DNA of 63,741 nucleotides, the filler included. It is 8 parts of 8 records of this genome, joined end to end, with 100 filler letters (N's around TTAATTAATTAA, not from the genome) between each part and the next. Parts side by side here need not be neighbours in the genome. Positions count along the whole stretch, not along the records: positions 24,810 to 34,798 come from DRR723986_14129; positions 34,899 to 40,941 come from DRR723986_14137; 6 more parts are not named here. The stretch is one strand, 5' to 3'. Numbering within the stretch: position 1 is the stretch's first letter; each line of letters opens with the position of its first letter. The notes under the pieces were generated by a model that was given only the letters and a program-made list of their open reading frames with translations, searched no databases and was not told the DNA's origin. This document shows, piece after piece, positions 27,669 through 35,142 of this stretch. The translations under genes and the position numbers were made by a program.

Positions 27669-27979
27669 AATCGTTTGAAGAGTTTCTGATAGAACATGAG
27701 CAACTTGAAGAAGGCATCATTCGCACTGGAGCGATTGCGTCCTATGGTGCGCAGTCACGAAGAGCAGGTGATGACGCTGCCAGAGCGTTTCAGAGGGGGC
27801 GTCAAGAGCTGCGTAAGTTTATGAGGGACGACAGCGTTGAAGTCAGATTGGAACGAATAGAAACAGCTCTGGAGGCACTCCTCGCCGGTCTTATCAAGCA
27901 GCGACAGCAGATTGGGGCTGGAGTTGCGGTGGATGTTGCTGGGCATACGCTGACTGCGAAGGCGCAAAAGAAGCGCTGA
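27665..27979 (+). CDS. Hypothetical helical protein with N-terminal T4-like capsid-targeting-sequence pattern
   Basis: RBS GAGG, starts MKSFEEFLIE, coupled to the upstream ORF, followed by a terminator. Confidence 0.65.
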   Translation: MKSFEEFLIEHEQLEEGIIRTGAIASYGAQSRRAGDDAARAFQRGRQELRKFMRDDSVEVRLERIETALEALLAGLIKQRQQIGAGVAVDVAGHTLTAKAQKKR

Positions 27980-27989
27980 CTTGATACAA

Positions 27990-28018
27990 AAAAGCACTGT
28001 GTCAATCACAGTGCTTTT
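27990..28018. terminator. Bidirectional intrinsic terminator
   Basis: AAAAGCACTGTG-TCAAT-CACAGTGCTTTT between convergent ORFs. Confidence 0.75.
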
Positions 28019-28025
28019 ACTTCAT

Positions 28026-28370
28026 TTACTGCGGCAAAAATGTTGAGCCTATAGAGTAGCAAAGAAAGCTAAAGTCAACTTCTGCCTCTTTAAAACGTTG
28101 CCGCTCAGTTTCACACGTTTCAGCTGCTTCAATCAGTTCCTGAATCTGATTTGGAGTGGCTCCTGCACGGGTCAATATTTCTGACATTTGCAATGAATCC
28201 CAACCAAAATTGTCTGCTGCTTCATATAAGCAACTTTTGAGACCAGATGCTTTCTCTTTCTTGATTGCCATAGCCCAGCTATCAATAAGATCGTTCATCA
28301 TTTTTTGAAATTGAAATTTATCCGACATTATGTGTCCTTTCGTATGTTTTGGTTTCAAATTTGTCCGCAT
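28026..28370 (-). CDS. Hypothetical protein
   Basis: Open frame ending at the shared terminator. The true start may be the internal MSDKF. Confidence 0.5.
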   Translation of the reverse strand: MRTNLKPKHTKGHIMSDKFQFQKMMNDLIDSWAMAIKKEKASGLKSCLYEAADNFGWDSLQMSEILTRAGATPNQIQELIEAAETCETERQRFKEAEVDFSFLCYSIGSTFLPQ

Positions 28371-28462
28371 CTGAAACGCTCATTCGTTTCGCTCACTGAC
28401 AAGATACTTTTAGCATATGGAAATAACTTGGTAAAAAGCTACAAGGTCGTGTACGATGAGCC

Positions 28463-29071
28463 ATGAGCAACAAAATCTATTTTGAAAATAAAGTCGCTTA
28501 TGACTGGATCCGCTATAAAGACGGCTATTGGATCCCACATAGAAAGCGAGTTTATCTTTATTGGTTCAAATACCTGCAAGAAGCAGAACAGTGCCCTGAA
28601 TTTGCAATTGATTGGTCAAAATATGATGGCTGGGGCGGTGCGAACGAAGTTCTGGGGTCAAAGTTCGATGACTGGTGGAGTAATCACTGGATAGATTTGT
28701 TTGGAACCAAAGATCGTTCGTCTAGCGCTCGCTACCCAATTTCAACAAAGCAACCCAAGACAGAAGCCCTTCGACTGTCTCTGCTGTGTTGGCAAAGACG
28801 TAATGCGCCTGTTTGGGGTAAGCGCGGCAATGCATTATCGATCGCAAAGCAAGTCTATGAATACGAACTCGGCATAAGCGGCGAGAAGAAGGCACGCTTT
28901 GGAGATGATGAGTTCACAGCTGGCAGCATGAACCCCGATACCTTCAAGGTGTATGACAAAGACGACAAAGGTTCTTATGCTGACCCGCAGCGCCTACAAT
29001 CCATCGTCGGTCGCTATCTGCGAAATGCTCGACGGTATCTGAACCATGTTTGCGACGGTAGTTTTCCCTGA
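28463..29071 (+). CDS. Hypothetical Trp/Tyr-rich protein upstream of the recombinase
   Basis: 202-aa ORF with YLYWFKYL...WSKYDGWG...FDDWW and a helix-rich C-terminus. Confidence 0.75.
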   Translation: MSNKIYFENKVAYDWIRYKDGYWIPHRKRVYLYWFKYLQEAEQCPEFAIDWSKYDGWGGANEVLGSKFDDWWSNHWIDLFGTKDRSSSARYPISTKQPKTEALRLSLLCWQRRNAPVWGKRGNALSIAKQVYEYELGISGEKKARFGDDEFTAGSMNPDTFKVYDKDDKGSYADPQRLQSIVGRYLRNARRYLNHVCDGSFP

Positions 29072-29082
29072 CGATGCCAGAA

Positions 29083-29103
29083 GTCATTTCTTGTAAGAAA
29101 TGA
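29083..29103. repeat. Palindromic site A (GTCATTTCTTGTAAGAAATGA)
   Basis: Inverted repeat TCATTTCTT/AAGAAATGA. 20/21 identical to the site at 30322-30342. Confidence 0.75.
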
Positions 29104-29291
29104 GATCCAACAATGTCGCCATGATGATTTTCATTTCTGAAAATTCGAATCGCACTCGTGAGAAAATATGTGTTTCTTCATGAGTCACCGTAACTCATTG
29201 AAAGGTCTCGGTCCTTCGGAAATGGTTGCCATCTCCAGGTTTCCAGTCATGATTTTTCTAGAGAAATCATAGGAAATATAATGGGTTAAGC

Positions 29292-29891
29292 ATGGCTCTC
29301 GGCAAGCAAGCAAAGATTCTCAACAAGAAGCAAATTGATCAGCTTCTTTGGTATGTCGGCACACTTCGGCACTCTGTACGTAATGAAGTCATCGTTCTGT
29401 TGTCGGTGAAGGCTGGTCTTCGTGCAAAAGAGATCGCAGAGCTGACATGGGCTATGGTTACAGATGCCGATGGAGAAGTTGGCTTTCAAATTCATCTGAC
29501 GGACACAGCGTCGAAGGGACGAAGTGGTCGTGTGATCCCAATCAATATGCAGCTCAGGCAAAAACTGATCGAACTGCTGGAGCAGGAATGCCAACATCAC
29601 CTTTTTGATTTGGGGACATCGCATGTGATCCGGACTGAGCGTTCAGAGAAAACTTCACCACAAGCAATCGTGAACATGTTCGCAGCATGGTTTGAAGATA
29701 TGGGGCTAAATGGATGTTCATCACACAGTGGTCGTAGGACGTTCATCACAAATGCGGCTAAGAAGATCAGTTCGGTAGGTGGCTCACTGCGTGATGTTCA
29801 AATGCTTGCTGGGCACTCGTCGCTTGCAGTCACACAGAGGTATATCGAGGGCGATGGCGAAGCGAGGATGAAAGTCATAGAGTTAGTCTAG
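29292..29891 (+). CDS. Tyrosine recombinase (catalytic domain only, 199 aa)
   Basis: GLRAKEI (R), SKG (K), SHSGRR (HxxR), AGH (H), TQRY (Y). Confidence 0.92.
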   Translation: MALGKQAKILNKKQIDQLLWYVGTLRHSVRNEVIVLLSVKAGLRAKEIAELTWAMVTDADGEVGFQIHLTDTASKGRSGRVIPINMQLRQKLIELLEQECQHHLFDLGTSHVIRTERSEKTSPQAIVNMFAAWFEDMGLNGCSSHSGRRTFITNAAKKISSVGGSLRDVQMLAGHSSLAVTQRYIEGDGEARMKVIELV

Positions 29892-29935
29892 GTTAACAGC
29901 CGATGTTGCATCAGATACCTCACAAAGGCGATTTC

Positions 29936-30154
29936 ATGACTGAAGAGGAAAAGCAGGCGATCAGAGCGTCCTTTGCCGGCAAGCGCGTGTCGCAAATGAC
30001 AGAAATCGAACGAAAAGTTTTCGATGAAGACTTTCAATACGGTGTAAGAGCAAAACCAAGTCAGCAACATTCCACGGCTGAGCCAGACCCTAGAAAAGTT
30101 TCGCTGATGTCAGTCTCGCGGATATTCAAGTGCATGGGACTGACTCGAAAATAG
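29936..30154 (+). CDS. Hypothetical protein
   Basis: Short ORF downstream of the recombinase, start MTEEEK. Confidence 0.45.
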   Translation: MTEEEKQAIRASFAGKRVSQMTEIERKVFDEDFQYGVRAKPSQQHSTAEPDPRKVSLMSVSRIFKCMGLTRK

Positions 30155-30321
30155 GCAGATCATTCAGTGCAGACTCGGGTTTTAACCCGTGGCAGGCAAT
30201 CCGAAGATTTGCTGATTGATCAGGACAGGGCAATCGAACGTGCGGTTGATCCATGACTGATACGCATTGTGAGTGTCATTTTGAAATTTTATCGGGGTTT
30301 TCCCTTGACCTGCGAGCATCG

Positions 30322-30342
30322 GTCATTTCTCGTAAGAAATGA
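30322..30342. repeat. Palindromic site B (GTCATTTCTCGTAAGAAATGA)
   Basis: Near-identical copy of site A, just upstream of the RBS of the three-gene operon. Confidence 0.75.
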
Positions 30343-30359
30343 CATGTGTGGAGTGCTTG

Positions 30360-31184
30360 ATGGACACTGAACCTTATCAACTGCCTGGAGACAATGCAGT
30401 CACGATCTCTGATGAGCTAGTCAAAGAAATTCAGCGCCATTTTAAGCGTGATCGAGAAAATCGTTTCAAGCTTTTCCTGTTGAGCCAGGGCATTCGAGAA
30501 AAGTATCTAGACCCTGTAAAAAACGAATACAGCAAAGAGTTTCGTGAGTGGTATGAGCGGTCTGGGGTAGAGCAGCTATTTGGCAAGTTACCTAACTTTA
30601 CACGTTATGCAGCAGCTGGTGAGGTTATCGCCTATGTGTCGACAAAAACGTCAAATCCAAAGAAGTATCTGGCGCAACTTCCGACATCTATGAACGCTCT
30701 GTATGAGATTTCACAGATTGTAAAAGCAGATGCTGAGGCATTCAAAGTTTGTTTGCATTTTACGCCGACACGAAGGGCGCTGTCCGACCCAAAGCATGAA
30801 TGGAAGACAAAAGGGACAGAACCACTTATCCAGCCAGGTGTGACCGCCAAGGAACTCGTAGGTTGGCGGAAGCGCTGGGAAGCCCCCACTCGACAGAAAG
30901 ACGATGACAAGTTTCGGCGAAATGTGAAGTTGCTCACCGTGTCCGTTAGCGAAGACATCTTTGCCTTTGATGCACGTGGCAAGACTGGTGTTGTCGATTT
31001 GGAGCAAGTTCAAGACTTGCTAGCACAGATCCAAGCCCTTTTTTCAAAGTCGAACGAAAAGCAATTCAAACTTGAGACGCAGATTGAGCGCATCACTGAA
31101 AAGTATGAAGCAGAAAAGGAAAAGGCTGACCCTGCCAGTGCCTTAAAGTCACCGAAAAAGAGTAGAGCGGACGACTACAAATGA
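30360..31184 (+). CDS. Hypothetical protein, DUF3102-like
   Basis: Start reassigned to ATG 30360 (GGAG 6 nt upstream). FREWY...FTRYAAAG...LPTSMNALYEISQI...IQPGVTAKEL resembles phage DUF3102 proteins. Confidence 0.6.
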   Translation: MDTEPYQLPGDNAVTISDELVKEIQRHFKRDRENRFKLFLLSQGIREKYLDPVKNEYSKEFREWYERSGVEQLFGKLPNFTRYAAAGEVIAYVSTKTSNPKKYLAQLPTSMNALYEISQIVKADAEAFKVCLHFTPTRRALSDPKHEWKTKGTEPLIQPGVTAKELVGWRKRWEAPTRQKDDDKFRRNVKLLTVSVSEDIFAFDARGKTGVVDLEQVQDLLAQIQALFSKSNEKQFKLETQIERITEKYEAEKEKADPASALKSPKKSRADDYK

Positions 31185-32542
31185 CGCTGGATACACCCAC
31201 CGGGCAAGTTGCTGAAAGCGCCGCATACGACAATCTCGTTGCGGATGTAGAGAACTACCAGAAAGGCTTTCAGCCTCCAAAGCCTGAGAAAGCACCTGAC
31301 TTCCCATTTGAACTCAAGGTTCACATCTGGCGAGCAGGTGAAGCGCAGTTATTTGCCCGAACCATCGGCAAGAAACTCAGCAGCTCCAAAAAGAAATTCG
31401 TCTATCGAGACAGCACCAAAACCAAACCTGAGAATGCGGTCTTTGTCGAAAAGCGTGCCAACCCGATCGTCAAAAAAACCACTCATCTAACCCGTGAAGA
31501 AGCAAAGCACTGGAAAAACACGATTGAGTTTTCTCAAACGGCTTTCGTCCCATACATTACGTTCACATTGATTTTTCAGAACATCGACCAACTTGCTAAG
31601 TTTGCTCGCCGCGTGAAGCAGAAAATCACCCTGAACACTTCATCGATAAGTTTTCCCAAGAAGCGCGAGCGTGTTTGGAAATACAAATGGGTCTCTGAGT
31701 GGGATGACTGCAATCCCAAGTATCCCGTCTACATCGTATCTAAAGGGCGTGCTGACTCTCGTCTCACTGCGAACACATTTGAACGCTGTAATATCCCCTA
31801 TTTTGTCGCCATAGAACCGCAGGATTACGATGATTACGCCTGCGTCATCGATGAAAAGAAGTTACTTGTTCTGCCTTTTTCTAACCATGGCGATGGTCCC
31901 GGACGTGCAAGAAATTGGTGCTGGGATCACTCAATGAGTTTGGGTTTCAAGCGCCATTGGGTCTGCGATGATAACATCGACGGCTTCATGCGCCTCCACA
32001 ATGGCAGGAGACACCCCGTTGGGGATGGTGGACTATTTCGCGTCATCGAAGAGTTCGTCGACCGCTACAAGAATGTGCCGATAGCGGGACCACAGTATCG
32101 TTTCCATGCTCTTGAAACCGAAAGCTACCCGCCGTTCGTGCTGAACACGCGTATCTACTCGTGCTTGCTGATTGAAAACTCATGCAAGCATCGCTGGCGC
32201 GGTCGATACAACGAAGACACCATTTTGAGCCTTGATGTCTTGAAAGATGGCGACTGCACCATGCTGTTCAACTGCTTGCTTCAAAACAAAATTGTCACTC
32301 AAGCACTGAAGGGTGGCAACACCGACGAGTTCTACGACGCAGAAGGCACTTACAACAAATCGAGAATGCTAGAGGTAGTTCATCCCGATGTGTCGAGAGT
32401 AGTCTGGAAGTTCAATCGTTGGCACCACGAAGTGAACTACAAGCCATTTAAGGCGAATGCCCCTCAGTTTGTTGATGGATACGATCCAACAAAATGCAGA
32501 ACCGAAACAGACCGATATAGTGTGGTGCGAGTGAAAACCTGA
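31181..32542 (+). CDS. GREB1-like / TET-associated (TAGT) glycosyltransferase with N-terminal duplicated accessory domain
   Basis: PKYPVYIVSKGR, ARNWCWDHS, HWVCDDNI, NTRIYSCLLI, WRGRYNEDTILSLDVLKDG, KGGNT, RWHHEV. Confidence 0.8.
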   Translation: MTLDTPTGQVAESAAYDNLVADVENYQKGFQPPKPEKAPDFPFELKVHIWRAGEAQLFARTIGKKLSSSKKKFVYRDSTKTKPENAVFVEKRANPIVKKTTHLTREEAKHWKNTIEFSQTAFVPYITFTLIFQNIDQLAKFARRVKQKITLNTSSISFPKKRERVWKYKWVSEWDDCNPKYPVYIVSKGRADSRLTANTFERCNIPYFVAIEPQDYDDYACVIDEKKLLVLPFSNHGDGPGRARNWCWDHSMSLGFKRHWVCDDNIDGFMRLHNGRRHPVGDGGLFRVIEEFVDRYKNVPIAGPQYRFHALETESYPPFVLNTRIYSCLLIENSCKHRWRGRYNEDTILSLDVLKDGDCTMLFNCLLQNKIVTQALKGGNTDEFYDAEGTYNKSRMLEVVHPDVSRVVWKFNRWHHEVNYKPFKANAPQFVDGYDPTKCRTETDRYSVVRVKT

Positions 32543-32569
32543 GCCATCTGATGCGGAGAGTGATGCCCT

Positions 32570-33097
32570 ATGAAAAAGACCCGCGATTTTAAAGTTTCCA
32601 AGGACAAACCCAAAGTAAGGTACGCTGGGGAGAAGGGTAGTGCGCAGAATGCACTTCGTTATGAACTTTATAGTTATGCTCATGACCGCCTAGAAGAAGC
32701 CTGCGAGCAGGGCATGCTATTCGAGGTCATTGCCATCTGTGACATGCTCATCACAGATCGAATGGAAGCCTATTGTCAGTTTCTGCTCCACGATGATGAT
32801 TTGCAGTTTGAGACCATGAGCATTGCACAAGCATTGGCGGCGCTTGGGACTGCAATTGCGGACAAAATACCGCCAGAGAATAAGCCCTCAGAGTGGAAAT
32901 CACTCCAAAGGCGTCTGGAGAAGTTTGCAGAAGCCAGGAATTTCGCCTTGCATTCGTTTGTTTTGATAAAAAACGCAGCGCCTTCCAGCAGCCTCGAAGA
33001 GCGTATAGCCTTCGTGGAGGATGCAGCAGAAGATGGCGTTAGATTAGTCAGCGAAATCAGCGCGTTTGTGAGCAAGCATATGAAGTTTGACGATTAA
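32570..33097 (+). CDS. Putative HEPN-domain protein
   Basis: All-helical. E..AICDMLITDR N-terminal helix and an RNFALH (Rx4H) motif at about 32936-32953. Confidence 0.6.
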   Translation: MKKTRDFKVSKDKPKVRYAGEKGSAQNALRYELYSYAHDRLEEACEQGMLFEVIAICDMLITDRMEAYCQFLLHDDDLQFETMSIAQALAALGTAIADKIPPENKPSEWKSLQRRLEKFAEARNFALHSFVLIKNAAPSSSLEERIAFVEDAAEDGVRLVSEISAFVSKHMKFDD

Positions 33098-33334
33098 TGA
33101 TCGCCCGTTGAAACGCGCTGAGCCCCTTTTTGTTGCAAGGTGTTCAGGACTGTCGTGGCTTTGGGTTGCTCCAAAGAGACTTGGTCACCCTAAAGCAATC
33201 CCATGCCTCTTATGGGCTTTTGAAAAAGCTACGGATACTGTTTATCTTTTTGAGACTGCTTTGCGCTTGGTGCAAACGCGCTGCAAATTTTAATGCGCCG
33301 ATAGACGTCAACACTGTTTCAATTGGAGAAGATC

Positions 33335-34798
33335 ATGGCGACGGTAAACGTGAATGGATCGTATGCTGCGGTTGAAGGTGACGATACTTTAGTTATCACA
33401 AATAGCCAGTGGGTCCATTTGGACTACGGGGTCAATGTTGGAGCCCAGGGTGTTATTGCTAACCTGACTAACACTTCGCTATATGACGGTGTTACGCCAT
33501 TGACACCCCTTAATGAGGTTGATGCTACTAATGCGTCTATTTTGGCTTCTCCATGGACGATAATAGACCAATTTGGCACCATTGACACGCTTCAAGGCTT
33601 TGTAGCTGGTGGCATTTGGGGCACCCCTTATGATGACATTGTTGTGGCTGATGCTATTTTCGATTTCAACCCAAATGGCGGTAACGATCAGCTCTACATA
33701 GCAGGCGATGCTTATGCATCGCTTTCAGCGCCCTACGGTGCCCGTATGGTGATTTTCAATATATCTGAAAATAATTATACTTATTTTTACCCAGACGGTT
33801 CTCAAGGCTCGGTTTCAGTATCCGGACCAGGCACACTTACTGCTTTGGTCGGTGCTGCGCCAAATGGCAACGGTCAAGTAATTAACTCCCTGACAGGCTC
33901 CACAGGTAATGACCGCTTCGCATCATTAGGTGCCACCGATTTAATCTGGACTGCGGGAGGCGCAGATGAGATTGCAATTTGGGAACCCGGTGGTGAGGTT
34001 TCTATACAAGATGAATTTTCAAGCGATGATTTCTTCTCATTTATAGTCGATGGAAGGTTTGGCTTTGATACAAATGATTGGCTTTCCAATTTTGAGGTTA
34101 CATATAATGGTTTCGATAGAACGGTAATTAGGACAACTTCGGCAAATGTTCCTGTCACTGACCTAGTCGTCCTTGGAGAGTATTCTTTGGACTCCCTGTT
34201 TATAGACGAAAGCATTCCAGGACAAGTTCGCCTTTACCTGAACCCGGACGTGCCTCAAATTACACTCGATGCTTATAGCTCGCCCAAGTATGATGAATAC
34301 AGCTTCAAATACTTCCAGACAGATTTTAACAATGCTGGTCTGAATTTTGATACAACCAACATGCTGGTAACTTCATCTACTGGATTTCAGTATGATTTAT
34401 CTGATTATCTAACGAACGGTCGCTTTCTCGCGCTTGGGCTTACCACCGGAGACGACATTATTACTAAAGATCAATCTGTTTATCTTGATGTCTTCTACTT
34501 TGGAGGTCACGATGTAATCAATAGCTCTGTGCATTCAATAGATACAAGCGTATCGGTGGACGGAAACGGTATTGCACGCTGGGCTGGCTATCAAAACGGT
34601 GAAAGCTTATATTTCTCGGGTGGACCAGGCTATACAGGAAACGCGACTGTAAACATTGATGCAAATAACAATCTCAACATCAATATTTTTGACGACACTG
34701 GCACAACCGGCACTATTACCGGCAAGAACATTGAACGGATCAACATCAGCGGAATTGGTGACCATACTGTTGTTGGCAACGACTTTGAACACATGTTC
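33335..34798 (+). CDS. Large acidic secreted/surface protein with degenerate RTX-like repeats (3' truncated)
   Basis: GTPYDDIV, GGNDQL, GSTGNDRF, GGADEI, GGHDVI, NIERINI..GD..V.GND. Rich in G/D/N/T/S. Confidence 0.65.
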
Positions 34799-34898
34799 NN
34801 NNNNNNNNNNNNNNNNNNNNNNNNNNNNNNNNNNNNNNNNNNTTAATTAATTAANNNNNNNNNNNNNNNNNNNNNNNNNNNNNNNNNNNNNNNNNNNN
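34799..34898. other. Artificial contig linker
   Basis: N44-TTAATTAATTAA-N44. Confidence 0.98.
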
Positions 34899-35051
34899 GA
34901 CATCATCCACAAGACCATCGCGATCGAATCCGGCGCCCATTTCGAAGGCTCGGTGCAGCGTCAGGACGATCCGCTGAACGGCGGCCGCGCCAAGCCCGGC
35001 CAGCAGCCCCAAGCCGCCGCCGCGCCCGCAGCCGCGTCGCAGCAGGGCTGA
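34899..35051 (+). CDS. Bactofilin (CcmA family) C-terminus, 5' truncated
   Basis: Hand translation DIIHKTIAIESGAHFEGSVQRQDDPL... Confidence 0.8.
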   Translation, partial: DIIHKTIAIESGAHFEGSVQRQDDPLNGGRAKPGQQPQAAAAPAAASQQG

Positions 35052-35081
35052 TCCGCGACACCATCGCATTTTGTGACCACG

Positions 35082-35106
35082 GGCCTCGCCATCGGCGGGG
35101 CCTTTT
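35082..35106 (+). terminator. Intrinsic terminator
   Basis: GGCCTCGCC-ATC-GGCGGGGCC-TTTT. Confidence 0.6.
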
Positions 35107-35142
35107 GCTTTTCTGGGACCGGACCCGCCAGAAAGGACCGAA

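Larger units (their letters stand above)
24810..33097. mobile_element. Putative integrative/phage-related genomic island (ends not visible)
   Basis: Visibly AT-richer than the other alphaproteobacterial contigs. Two tyrosine recombinases, H-NS, RHH protein, short orphan ORFs and a phage-type glycosyltransferase. Confidence 0.65.

Noticed and set aside
33087-33375. Short ORFs between the HEPN-like gene and the RTX-like gene
   Set aside because: No RBS or motif support, likely intergenic.
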